From positions 57,285 to 121,284 of the forward strand of contig JAQYVY010000002.1 in NCBI GenBank assembly GCA_030145195.1: a stretch of 64,000 nt of DNA, written 5' to 3'. Under the pieces are notes generated by a model. That model made no database searches. It was given only the letters and a program-made list of their open reading frames with translations, and was not told where the DNA came from. The number at the start of each line of letters is the position of its first letter. Positions within the stretch are counted from its first letter, which is position 1. Shown here piece after piece: positions 1 through 9,188 of the stretch. The translations under genes and the position numbers were made by a program. The DNA comes from Desulfuromonadales bacterium. Its GTDB lineage: Bacteria > Desulfobacterota > Desulfuromonadia > Desulfuromonadales > BM103.

Positions 1-1738
1 CAGCAGCCACCAGATAATTGCTGATCAGAAGACCGCTGAACAACTGGTCGAAGAGATCAAGGCTCTACCGGTTCAGGTGTCAGCGGTCAGTCGCACCGAG
101 AAGAAGCGTCGACCCGCCGCGCCCTTTACCACCAGCACCCTGCAGCAGGAGGCCAACCGCAAGCTTGGCTTTTCTGCACGCAAAACCATGTCGCTGGCGC
201 AAAGACTCTATGAAGGTGTTGACACTGGCGATGGTCCTGTTGGTCTGATCACTTACATGCGTACTGACTCGGTAACGCTCTCTAACGTCGCTATCGAAGA
301 AGCTCGCGAGGTCATTGCCGACCGTTACGGCAAGGAATACGTTCCAGCCAAGCCTCGTACCTACAAAAGCAAGGCCAAAAATGCCCAGGAAGCCCACGAA
401 GCAATTCGTCCCTCTGGCCTGATTCGCCATCCAGATGGACTCAAGACCTTTCTGGAGAGCGACGAACTTCGTCTTTACAAACTGATCTGGGAACGGACCA
501 TCGCATCTCAAATGGCAGACGCACTGCTCGATGCGACCACGATAGACATTCTTGCCGGTGAAAAATTTCAGTTCCGCGCTTCGGGGCAGGTCGTTCGCTT
601 CCCCGGTTTCATGAAAGTTTACATTGAAGGCAAGGATACCGAGAATGAGGAAGTCGAAGGGTTGCTACCCAACCTGAACGAAAAAGAAGCTCTCTCGTTT
701 GATCAACTCCAGGGTGAAGAACACACCACCCAACCACCGCCACGCTACACCGAAGCTTCCTTAGTCAAAATTCTGGAAGAGAATGGCATTGGTCGACCTT
801 CAACCTACGCCGCCACCATGAACACCCTGGTGGAGCGCAATTACGTATTACTGACCAAACGAACTTTCTTCCCGCAAGACCTCGGCCGAGAAGTCATCCG
901 TTTTCTATTGCAGTGTTTCAACAAGTACGTCGACTACCAGTTCACTGCCAACATGGAAGATGAACTTGATGAGATTTCTCTTGGCAACGGCGAGTGGAAA
1001 GGTTTCCTGAAAGAATTCTGGGTTCCATTCAAAGAAGAAGTTGACGGTGTCAAAGAGATCCGTTTTGTTGGTGAACCGCTCGACGAGAAGTGCCCTGAAT
1101 GCCAGCAACCGCTGACAAAAAAATATGGCCGTAACGGTTACTTCATCGCCTGTGACGGCTATCCGGAATGCAAATACACCCGCCCGGTCAACGGTGAGGT
1201 CAACCAGGAAGTCGTTTTCTCTGACGAAAAGTGCGAGAAGTGCGGTGCGCTGATGCAATTCAAGGAAGGCCGTTACGGCAAATACCTGGCCTGCTCAGCC
1301 TACCCCGAGTGCAAAAACAACCAACCTTTGATCAAACCGAAGTCACTCGGGATTGACTGTCCAACTTGCAAAGAAGGCGAGATCATGGAAAAGAAGAGCC
1401 GCTACGGCAAGATCTTCTATTCGTGCAATCGCTATCCGAAATGCAAGTACGCTCTATGGGATCAACCTTTTAAAGAACCTTGTCCAAAGTGTGCCTTCCC
1501 GCTGACCGTTGAGAAGACCACCAAACGGTTCGGCACGGTGCGCAAGTGCCCTCAGGAAGAATGTGACTATTCGATTACCCTGATTGAACCCGAGAAAAAA
1601 CCGGAAACCAAAAAGGCACCGGCTAAAAAAATCACAGCCAAAAAACCGGCTGCTAAAAAAGTCCCGGCCAAAAAGGCGGTGGCAAAAAAACCAGCTGCCA
1701 AAAAGCCGGTCTCTAAAAAGACAGAAAAACCGGCCTGA
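1..1738 (+). CDS. topA: DNA topoisomerase I, 5'-truncated by the window edge
   Basis: Frame 2 is open from nt 2, upstream of the ORF-track Met at 77. Motifs TSTLQQEA and ITYMRTDS (catalytic Tyr). Four C4 zinc-ribbon repeats (CPEC..CDGYPEC, CEKC..CSAYPEC, CPTC..CNRYPKC, CPKC..CPQEEC). Lys/Ala/Pro-rich tail. Confidence 0.95.
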   Translation, partial: SSHQIIADQKTAEQLVEEIKALPVQVSAVSRTEKKRRPAAPFTTSTLQQEANRKLGFSARKTMSLAQRLYEGVDTGDGPVGLITYMRTDSVTLSNVAIEEAREVIADRYGKEYVPAKPRTYKSKAKNAQEAHEAIRPSGLIRHPDGLKTFLESDELRLYKLIWERTIASQMADALLDATTIDILAGEKFQFRASGQVVRFPGFMKVYIEGKDTENEEVEGLLPNLNEKEALSFDQLQGEEHTTQPPPRYTEASLVKILEENGIGRPSTYAATMNTLVERNYVLLTKRTFFPQDLGREVIRFLLQCFNKYVDYQFTANMEDELDEISLGNGEWKGFLKEFWVPFKEEVDGVKEIRFVGEPLDEKCPECQQPLTKKYGRNGYFIACDGYPECKYTRPVNGEVNQEVVFSDEKCEKCGALMQFKEGRYGKYLACSAYPECKNNQPLIKPKSLGIDCPTCKEGEIMEKKSRYGKIFYSCNRYPKCKYALWDQPFKEPCPKCAFPLTVEKTTKRFGTVRKCPQEECDYSITLIEPEKKPETKKAPAKKITAKKPAAKKVPAKKAVAKKPAAKKPVSKKTEKPA

Positions 1739-1764
1739 GCCAAGAAGTAATAGAAAGAATCTGT

Positions 1765-1798
1765 ATGGCCGGGCCTGTAACGCCCGGCCATTTCTAAT
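1765..1798 (+). terminator. Rho-independent terminator candidate after topA
   Basis: Perfect 10-bp stem ATGGCCGGGC/GCCCGGCCAT (1765-1774 / 1782-1791), 7-nt loop, then TTTCTAATT. Starts 27 nt after the topA stop. Confidence 0.55.
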
Positions 1799-1809
1799 TC
1801 CTGCCCCTG

Positions 1810-3159
1810 ATGGCAAGCGATGAGATAACCCTGACCATGAAACCAATCACTATTATCGGCGCCGGGCTGGCTGGTTGCGAGGCCGCCTGGCAGATCGCCC
1901 GGCACGGCCTCAAAGTAGACCTTTTTGAAATGCGCCCGCAACGCATGACCCCTGCTCACCAGACAGACCAACTTGGCGAATTGGTCTGTTCCAACAGTCT
2001 GCGTGGCACGGGTATGCACAATGCGGTCGGCTTGTTAAAAGAAGAATTGCGACGCGGCAACAGCCTGTTTATCGCCACTGCCGATGCTCACGCCGTACCG
2101 GCAGGTGGTGCCCTGGCAGTTGATCGCGAAGGTTTTGCCGCACAGATGACCCGGGCAATCGCCGAGCATCCATTGATCACCCTGCGCCGTCAGGAGCTCA
2201 CGGAAATCCCGGAAGACGGCTTGGTGATTATTGCCAGTGGACCACTCACATCAGAAGCACTCACTGCAAAAGTTGCAGCACTCACCGGTCGGGAACATCT
2301 CTATTTCTACGACGCCATCGCACCGATACTCGAAGCCGACTCGATTGATCGGGACAAGGTCTTTGCCGCATCACGCTATGATCGAGGTGGTGCCGACTAC
2401 CTGAATTGTCCTCTGAACAAAGAGGAATATCTGGCGTTTGTCCAGGCTCTGGTGGACGCCGAAAAAGTCGAAACGCGTGATTTTGAAAAATCCATCCATT
2501 TCGAAGGCTGCATGCCGATTGAGGAGTTGGCCCGGCGTGGCGAGATGACTCTCGCCTTCGGCCCGATGAAGCCAGTTGGGCTACGCGACCCACGAACCGA
2601 CATCAACCCTTTTGCGGTTATTCAGCTGCGGCAGGACGACCGTCATGCCAGCCTCTACAACATGGTTGGCTTCCAAACCAAACTGACCTATCCGGAACAA
2701 CAGCGGATTTTCAGCACCATCCCCGGCCTGGAAAAGGTCAAGTTCGCACGACTTGGCAGCATGCATCGCAACACGTTTATCAACGCGCCGAACTGTCTGA
2801 CTGAAACCTTGCAACTTAAACAAGACCCACGCATCTTTTTTGCCGGGCAGATCACTGGGGTCGAAGGTTATGTCGAGTCGGCAGCCAGTGGTTTTCTGGC
2901 TGGCTATTTTGCCGCAGCTTACGCGCAGGAGCAGCCTTGCCAGTTACCACCAACAACCACTGCTCTGGGCGCCCTGCTGAATTACCCTGTGAATGCCGAT
3001 GCTGAAAATTTTCAGCCGATGAATATTACTTACGGCCTCTTCCCGCCGCTTGAACAACGCATCCGCAAGCGCCGGGATCGCCGTCAGGCCATGGCGGATC
3101 GGGCTCTGACTGATCTGGCAGGGTGGCTTCAGCAACTCCCGACAACCATAGGGTTATAA
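1810..3159 (+). CDS. trmFO: Methylenetetrahydrofolate--tRNA-(uracil-5-)-methyltransferase TrmFO
   Basis: 449-aa ORF with N-terminal FAD fold [16 protein letters not shown] and ELVCSNSLR. Length and pattern fit TrmFO/Gid. ATG at 1837 ([10 protein letters not shown]) is an equally plausible start. Confidence 0.9.
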   Translation: MASDEITLTMKPITIIGAGLAGCEAAWQIARHGLKVDLFEMRPQRMTPAHQTDQLGELVCSNSLRGTGMHNAVGLLKEELRRGNSLFIATADAHAVPAGGALAVDREGFAAQMTRAIAEHPLITLRRQELTEIPEDGLVIIASGPLTSEALTAKVAALTGREHLYFYDAIAPILEADSIDRDKVFAASRYDRGGADYLNCPLNKEEYLAFVQALVDAEKVETRDFEKSIHFEGCMPIEELARRGEMTLAFGPMKPVGLRDPRTDINPFAVIQLRQDDRHASLYNMVGFQTKLTYPEQQRIFSTIPGLEKVKFARLGSMHRNTFINAPNCLTETLQLKQDPRIFFAGQITGVEGYVESAASGFLAGYFAAAYAQEQPCQLPPTTTALGALLNYPVNADAENFQPMNITYGLFPPLEQRIRKRRDRRQAMADRALTDLAGWLQQLPTTIGL

Positions 3160-3245
3160 CGGTTGGGGATTGTTTGAAAACCGGCCCTCTGTTACAATTT
3201 CGCATTTAGCGACCTAAAGGTCATTGAAGTTGGGCTGCTTGCACA

Positions 3246-5324
3246 ATGATCATTGTTTGCAGGCAGAGGGGAAGATTCGTGGACGTGGCAACGACTAACA
3301 CCACAGCGAAACTGATTGATCCGCGGGATCTGCTGGAGGTTCTGCGGCAGCACCCCCTACCTGCGCCTTTCAACCTGGCCCTGTATAGTGAAGAGAGCGG
3401 TCGTTCTGGCCTGATTAAAACAATCCACACAGTCTGCCCCCCTCTGAGCAGCGAATGTCTCTGCACCGAAAAATGCTGCCAGGCTTGGGAAGAGAACATT
3501 AATCACACGCTGCTGACCAACCAGCCGGTCGTGGCGACCTGTCCTCAGGGCCTCCTCTGCCTTGCCATTCCCCTCCCGGACAACCAGGGTCTTCCCGACT
3601 GTCTGGTCGGTGGCGGCATCTTTGAGAACGCTTCCGTGCCGCATAGCCGGAACCTCACTGTCGACAACAAAAAACCAGGTTCCGGCAAGCCCGGACAAGC
3701 CCCCCAGATGATCAGTCGAGAAGAAGCGCAGTCCTTGGCCGACGAAGTTTTCCGTACGCTGCCACGGCTGCTTGAGCAGAAAGTCCAATTATTTGGCCTG
3801 GCTCGAACGACTCAGCGGCTTGAAGCGGTGCAGAAGCTGGCCCGAGATCTATCGATCTGTCCTGAAGCCGAACAAGCAGTATTGATTGTCAGCGAAGCGC
3901 TGGTGGTCCTTTTTGACCTCCCCAAGGTATTGATTGTTCTGCAACAAAATGGACAGGCCATGTCGGTTCATTCGACCCTCGGCCTCGACCCTGGAACCTT
4001 TCGGCTTGATCAAATTCAGCTAGCCGATCACTTCAACAACATCTCAGGACACCCGGAAACTCTTTCCAAAGAGAAGTTGACGACCTTTTTCCCGGGGATT
4101 AAAACAGAGTCGGCGCAAAGTTTTCCCCTCAGCGCAAACAGTTCTCGCCTCGGCGCAGTCATACTGTTTGATATCAACTTGCATAGCCGTGACCAAGCGT
4201 TAATTGAGCTTCTGACTTCGCGCCTGGCCTCTCGCTTGGAAAGCCTTAAAACCGCCGAAGGCCATCGCCAGGAGCGACAGTTCTCGGCCCGACTGATCTC
4301 CATGATCAGCGATCTCTCCTTGATCGACAATCGAGAGGAGCTCTATCGTCAGATTCTTGAGATGTCATCCGAACTGCTTGAAGCCTCCAGTGGTTCGCTG
4401 ATGCTGCTGAACGAGGTGAAAGGAACTCTGGAGATATCTGCCGCCATGGGCATGACCGATTCCCTGGCCCGAGCCATGTCGGTTCCCTTCGGCGAAGGGA
4501 TTGCGGGCAAAGTCGCCAAAAGCGGATTTCCGATGCTGGTCACCGATATCGAACGCGACAACCGGGTGGCAGTCAAGAATCGACCGCGATTCAAAACCAA
4601 GTCATTCATCAGCCTGCCGCTGGAAGCCAACAAGAAACTTCTCGGTGTCCTCAATCTGGCAGACAAAAGCAACGGCGGTCATTTCACCGAAGCAGATCTC
4701 AACCTGATTCAGACTTTTACCAATCATGCAGTACTGATGGTCAGTCGGGCCGCCACTCTGGAAAAAGCCGGAAAATTTGAGCACCTCTCGATCACCGACC
4801 CCCTGACGGGCCTCTACAACCGGCGCTTCCTTGAGGACCGACTACAAGAGGAGTTCAGCCGCAGTGAACGGCAGCAGCAAACCTTTTGCCTGATCCTGGC
4901 CGACCTCGATAATTTCAAAATTCACAATGACGTCTGCGGTCATTTAGCCGGTGACAACGCCTTAAAGAAAGTAGCAGACCTAATGCGGCGCACCGCCCGC
5001 GATATGGATATAGTAACCCGCTACGGTGGCGAGGAATTCTGTCTGATCCTACCTGGCACTGGCAAAAAAGAATCTCTCTTCGTCGGCGAACGGATTCGGC
5101 GAGCGATTGAAACCGAAGTCTTCCCCGGCGAAAACCTCCTGCCGCTGGGCCGTCTCAGCATCAGCCTTGGCATCGCAACCTTTCCAACGGATGGGACGAC
5201 GGCCAACGAACTAATTCACGCGGCCGACTTGGCCCTGTATAGTGCCAAGAAACTCGGACGCAACCGCCTGGTTCTCTATGAACCGACCCTGGAAGACCAG
5301 GGCCTACTGAAACACCAGCAATAA
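3246..5324 (+). CDS. Sensor diguanylate cyclase (Cys-rich N-terminal sensor, GAF, GGDEF)
   Basis: 692 aa. C-terminal GGDEF domain (DPLTGLYNRR, RYGGEEFCLILPG). GAF-like segment (GIAGKVAKSGFPMLVTDI). N-terminal Cys-rich region ATCPQGLLCLAIPL..LVGGGIF loosely resembles a PocR-type sensor. Confidence 0.85.
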   Translation: MIIVCRQRGRFVDVATTNTTAKLIDPRDLLEVLRQHPLPAPFNLALYSEESGRSGLIKTIHTVCPPLSSECLCTEKCCQAWEENINHTLLTNQPVVATCPQGLLCLAIPLPDNQGLPDCLVGGGIFENASVPHSRNLTVDNKKPGSGKPGQAPQMISREEAQSLADEVFRTLPRLLEQKVQLFGLARTTQRLEAVQKLARDLSICPEAEQAVLIVSEALVVLFDLPKVLIVLQQNGQAMSVHSTLGLDPGTFRLDQIQLADHFNNISGHPETLSKEKLTTFFPGIKTESAQSFPLSANSSRLGAVILFDINLHSRDQALIELLTSRLASRLESLKTAEGHRQERQFSARLISMISDLSLIDNREELYRQILEMSSELLEASSGSLMLLNEVKGTLEISAAMGMTDSLARAMSVPFGEGIAGKVAKSGFPMLVTDIERDNRVAVKNRPRFKTKSFISLPLEANKKLLGVLNLADKSNGGHFTEADLNLIQTFTNHAVLMVSRAATLEKAGKFEHLSITDPLTGLYNRRFLEDRLQEEFSRSERQQQTFCLILADLDNFKIHNDVCGHLAGDNALKKVADLMRRTARDMDIVTRYGGEEFCLILPGTGKKESLFVGERIRRAIETEVFPGENLLPLGRLSISLGIATFPTDGTTANELIHAADLALYSAKKLGRNRLVLYEPTLEDQGLLKHQQ

Positions 5325-5344
5325 CACCTCTAACGGACCTCCTC

Positions 5345-5953
5345 ATGCCCCAAGTTACAGATCGTATCGTACTGGCTTCGGCTTCGCCACGTCGCTGTGA
5401 AATGCTGACCCGACTAGGCCTCGATTTCGAAGTTATACCGAGCAGTACTGATGAAGCCCTGCTAGCGAATGAAGCGCCTGAAGCACATGTGATTCGACTC
5501 AGTCAGGCCAAAGCGCTCGAAGTTGCCAAACACCACGAGCGCTCGGGCCGCTGGTTTATCGGCAGTGACACCGTGGTGGTGCGTGATGAGGCCATTCTCG
5601 GCAAACCGGTCGATGCAGCAGACGCCGCCGCAATGCTCGTCAGCCTTTCCGGCCGCAGTCATCGCGTTATTTCCGGTTATGCGGTGCATGATCGAGAGAG
5701 TGGCCAGACGCTCAGCGCCGCTGTCACCACCAAAGTCTTTTTCAAAGATTTGACAACCCGGGAAATCGAAGGGTACATTGCCACCGGAGAACCTTTCGAC
5801 AAAGCTGGTTCCTACGCCATTCAGGGTATAGGTTCTTTCATGGTGCCGAAGATCGAAGGGAGCTACACTAACGTCGTCGGCCTGCCGTTGTGCGAGGTGA
5901 TTGCCGCGCTGGAAGAGCTGGGCGCCATCGAATTATTCGGGAGTTCAGACTGA
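5345..5953 (+). CDS. maf: Maf-like nucleoside triphosphate pyrophosphatase
   Basis: 202 aa with ILASASPRR, GSDTVV and GSYAIQGIG motifs typical of Maf/YhdE. Confidence 0.85.
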   Translation: MPQVTDRIVLASASPRRCEMLTRLGLDFEVIPSSTDEALLANEAPEAHVIRLSQAKALEVAKHHERSGRWFIGSDTVVVRDEAILGKPVDAADAAAMLVSLSGRSHRVISGYAVHDRESGQTLSAAVTTKVFFKDLTTREIEGYIATGEPFDKAGSYAIQGIGSFMVPKIEGSYTNVVGLPLCEVIAALEELGAIELFGSSD

Positions 5954-5958
5954 ATTTT

Positions 5959-6642
5959 ATGGATATCGCCGCAAACATTGCACAGATTCAGCAGCGGATT
6001 CAAGCTGTCTGCCAAGGCTGTGGACGTGATCCCGGTGAGGTACGGCTGGTCGCCGTCTCCAAAAAGAAACCGGCCACAGATATTGAAGCCGCGATCGCCG
6101 CCGGGCAGACCCTGCTCGGCGAAAGCTATGTTCAGGAGTGCGCGGCCAAAATCAACGAGGTCAAAGCCGTTGCCGAGTGGCACTTCATCGGCGCACTCCA
6201 GAGCAATAAGGTAAAATACCTGCGCGGCAAGGTTGACATGATCCATTCGGTCGACCGCTTTTCTCTGGCCGAAGAGATCAATCGCCAATGGGGCAAGGAC
6301 AACGCCTGCATTGACATTCTCCTCCAGGTCAACCTCGGCGAAGAAGCGAGCAAATCAGGAACCACAGCCAACAAACTGACCGACCTGGCGCGCCAGGTTT
6401 CTCAATTAGAACATGTTCGCATCAAGGGGCTAATGGCCTTGCCGCCGTGGGACGCCGATCTCGAAGAAGTTCGCCCCTATTTCCGCCAACTGCGGGAACT
6501 GGCAGTACAGATCGCAGCTCTTGAGCTGCCAAACGTCACCATGCAGGAGCTCTCCATGGGGATGAGTCACGATTTTGAAGTCGCCATCGAAGAAGGCGCA
6601 ACCCTGATCCGGGTTGGCACAGCCATCTTCGGTACTCGATAA
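5959..6642 (+). CDS. yggS: YggS-family pyridoxal-phosphate homeostasis protein
   Basis: LVAVSKKK (PLP lysine), HFIGALQSNK and MGMSHDFEVAIEEGATLIRVGTAIFG. The ORF-track start at 5890 overlaps maf, so ATG 5959 is preferred. Confidence 0.85.
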   Translation: MDIAANIAQIQQRIQAVCQGCGRDPGEVRLVAVSKKKPATDIEAAIAAGQTLLGESYVQECAAKINEVKAVAEWHFIGALQSNKVKYLRGKVDMIHSVDRFSLAEEINRQWGKDNACIDILLQVNLGEEASKSGTTANKLTDLARQVSQLEHVRIKGLMALPPWDADLEEVRPYFRQLRELAVQIAALELPNVTMQELSMGMSHDFEVAIEEGATLIRVGTAIFGTR

Positions 6643-6705
6643 TTTTTTCTACCTCCAACCAAAACAACGGGTTTCCCCAGGCACTCAACCAAACCCCTCA
6701 ATGGG

Positions 6706-6836
6706 ACGCTGATTTTAAGCCCTGAAGGCCCAGATTTTTCAAGAAATTTATTAACGCGGAGACGCAAAGACGCAGAGCAAACCCTTGGGGCGAGGATAAA
6801 CATAAAAACTCGACCTTCTGGGTTTAAAATCAGCGT
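6706..6836. repeat. 131-bp palindromic (MITE/REP-like) intergenic element
   Basis: Perfect 13-bp terminal inverted repeats ACGCTGATTTTAA (6706-6718) and TTAAAATCAGCGT (6824-6836). Imperfect pairing continues inward (GCCCTGAAGGCCCAGATTTTT vs the complement of AAAAACTCGACCTTCTGGGT). The core holds the dispersed motif TTAACGCGGAGACGCAAAGACGCAGAG (6751-6777). Confidence 0.8.
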
Positions 6837-6863
6837 AAATCAGATTTGATCTGCGTCCAATTA

Positions 6864-6900
6864 CTTTTGCTTTCCTCTGTGTCTCCGTGCCTCTGTGGCC
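6864..6900. repeat. Copy of the dispersed 8-nt-periodic repeat family
   Basis: The reverse complement reads GCCACAGA GGCACGGA GACACAGA GGAAAGCA. Same unit structure as the copies at 22.2, 31.1 and 57-60 kb. Confidence 0.7.
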
Positions 6901-6970
6901 AAGCTTTTTCAGATGACTGACTTGCCAACTCTTTTTTTCGCGCTGAATTCCTCGCGCCACCGGTTTGCAT

Positions 6971-7612
6971 ATGCCCATTGACACCTTTCTCTTCGATCTC
7001 GACGGAACCCTGGTCGACTCCATCCCCGACCTGACCAAAGCTGTCAACCTGCTGCGAGCGGAACTCGACCTGGCCGCGATAACCAGCGATCAGGTGCGCG
7101 GCTACGTCGGCGATGGCGTCGGCCTGCTGCTGCAACGAGCCCTGCCAGAGGCGTTATTCAACCTGTCCCGGCGCCAACGTTTCATGGAAATTTATACCGA
7201 GCATCTGACCGATGAGACTCTGATTTATCCTGGGATCATGAGCTTTCTCGAGATGCACCACGACAAGCCGATGGCCGTCGTTACCAACAAGCCGCAACAG
7301 CTGGCGGATATCATCGTCGACCGCCTCGGACTGGCACCCTTCTTTCAAACGGTGATCGGTGCCGAGCTCGCGCTGCAAAAGAAACCACATCCGGATATGG
7401 TCCACCATGCTCTGAGCCAACTGGGGTCGAGAGCAGAACGAACCGTTCTGTTCGGCGATCATCATGTCGATCTGCGCGCCGCACACGCTGCGGGCGTCAA
7501 GTCTTGCTTCTGCGCCTGGGGGCTCGGTCACAATGACGGTTTAAAATCAGATTTTTTGGCTGAAACCACTGCGGACTTGCCACGGCTCTTTCCCGAGGCC
7601 AACCAGCCTTGA
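6971..7612 (+). CDS. HAD-IA hydrolase, phosphoglycolate phosphatase-like
   Basis: FDLDGTLVDS (motif I), VVTNK (motif II) and FGDHHVD (motif III). The track start at 6965 is TTG, so ATG 6971 is preferred. Confidence 0.75.
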   Translation: MPIDTFLFDLDGTLVDSIPDLTKAVNLLRAELDLAAITSDQVRGYVGDGVGLLLQRALPEALFNLSRRQRFMEIYTEHLTDETLIYPGIMSFLEMHHDKPMAVVTNKPQQLADIIVDRLGLAPFFQTVIGAELALQKKPHPDMVHHALSQLGSRAERTVLFGDHHVDLRAAHAAGVKSCFCAWGLGHNDGLKSDFLAETTADLPRLFPEANQP

Positions 7613-8922
7613 ACACTGTTCGTCTCAGCCAAAAGGATATCGCGCTCTTTTTCTTACCGTTGCTGCTCAATGTGCAGTTGATGAGCGTCTCCCATTCCAT
7701 CATCAACGCTGGCCTGGCACGACTGGATGATGCCGTCGTTGCCTTGGCCGGATTCTCTGTCGCCATGGTGCTGCATCTCTTTGTCGCATCACCTTCCTAC
7801 CAGAATCACACCATCACCCTCGCCATGGTACGCAGCCGCAAATCGCTGCGCGGCATGCTGCTGTTTGTGATCTTGATCGCCAGTTGGGTTTCGATCCTGT
7901 TGGCCCTGCTCGCCTTCAGCCCGATTGGCACCTTTATCCTGAATCGGGTTTTAGGGGTCACGCCCGAAGTGGCCAAGGGTGCCCGCGAGGCCCTGAGCTT
8001 TCTGGTGCTGCTGCCCTTCATCACAGGCCTGCGCGGACTTTTCCAGGGACTGGTCATAAGGGCTCGAAGGACGGGGCTCGTCTCTATCGCTACCGGGGTT
8101 CGCATCGTCATGCTGTTCGGCTATCTCTGGTTGGGACAGTTGTGGTTCAGCGGCACTCAGGTCGCCGCATTTGCCCTGCTGGGCTGCGTTGGTACCGAGA
8201 CTCTGGTGATCGGCTTCTTTGCCTGGAGAGTCCATCTGCCGCCCGACCACGCCGATGAAAAAAACTTCTTCGATATCCTGCGTTTTGGCTTTCCCCTGGC
8301 CTACTCCTCCGGAGTGCAACAGATGGTGCCGCTGCTGATCAATGCCATCATCAGCCGCCTGCCAGATGGCACCCTGGCTCTGGCCGCCTTTGGCGTCATT
8401 CGCGGGTTTCTGTTTCTGCTCGCCGGACCGATGCGCAACCTGCAACAGGCGTATCTCGCCCTGGTTCGCCAAGCGGAAGACTATGCCGTGCTGGTGCGCT
8501 TTTCGATCAAGACCAGTATGGTTATGGCTCTGATCATGTTACTGATCGCCTGGCCGCTGAACGAATGGCTTTTCGGCACGGTGATGGGACTTGACCCCGC
8601 CATGCGCCAATACATCGCCTGGCCGCTGACAGCCTGTACGCTCTTTCCATTTTTCTACGGCGGCACCAACCTGCTGCGCGGCTGGTTTGCTGGGGCCCAC
8701 ATGACAGCACGCCTCGGCCGTTCGACCTTATACAAGGTTCTGTTCCTGGTGATTCTCTGGCCGCTGATCATTGTGCTGCCTTTCCCGGTGCCAGGGGTTG
8801 CCGTTGCCGTCTTCTTGTTGCTCGCCGCAGAAATATGTGAAGCCTGGTACCTACGCAATCAGCGCAACCGCCTGTTAAACGGTCAGCCCCTTGTCCCAAC
8901 TGAAGCAACCAAGGTAAAATAG
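7609..8922 (+). CDS. Polytopic membrane protein, MATE/MOP-superfamily-like
   Basis: 437 aa with about 12 hydrophobic segments. The N-terminus IALFFLPLLLNVQLMSVSHSIINAGLARL resembles MATE TM1. Its TTG start overlaps the upstream TGA stop (TTGA, 7609-7612). Confidence 0.6.
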   Translation: MNTVRLSQKDIALFFLPLLLNVQLMSVSHSIINAGLARLDDAVVALAGFSVAMVLHLFVASPSYQNHTITLAMVRSRKSLRGMLLFVILIASWVSILLALLAFSPIGTFILNRVLGVTPEVAKGAREALSFLVLLPFITGLRGLFQGLVIRARRTGLVSIATGVRIVMLFGYLWLGQLWFSGTQVAAFALLGCVGTETLVIGFFAWRVHLPPDHADEKNFFDILRFGFPLAYSSGVQQMVPLLINAIISRLPDGTLALAAFGVIRGFLFLLAGPMRNLQQAYLALVRQAEDYAVLVRFSIKTSMVMALIMLLIAWPLNEWLFGTVMGLDPAMRQYIAWPLTACTLFPFFYGGTNLLRGWFAGAHMTARLGRSTLYKVLFLVILWPLIIVLPFPVPGVAVAVFLLLAAEICEAWYLRNQRNRLLNGQPLVPTEATKVK

Positions 8923-8925
8923 GAA

Positions 8926-9105
8926 ATGACCTGCCGTGACAAAAAACATCCCTGTGCCGACTGCCGTCAGTGCCAATGGTGTTCAGATGACCGCTGTCGG
9001 CTCTGCTTGAAACCAGGAGTGGGCTGCCGCAAAAAGCTGTCGATGTCGGAGCAGATTGCTCTATATGAACAGTTGAATGGTGCTGACGATAAACCCTCCT
9101 TCTGA
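8926..9105 (+). CDS. Unlisted 59-aa cysteine-rich small protein (8 Cys)
   Basis: My own translation: MTCRDKKHPCADCRQCQWCSDDRCRLCLKPGVGCRKKLSMSEQIALYEQLNGADDKPSF. ATG lies 4 nt after the upstream stop and is preceded by AAGG/AGGA. Stop TGA at 9103-9105. One codon below the ORF-track length cutoff. Confidence 0.4.
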   Translation: MTCRDKKHPCADCRQCQWCSDDRCRLCLKPGVGCRKKLSMSEQIALYEQLNGADDKPSF

Positions 9106-9188
9106 CAACAACCCCATTACATGCTAAAGTGTCTATACCTTGCCTAGACAACACCGGCAATAACCCCGCAAACTTGAAAGGCCGCATC

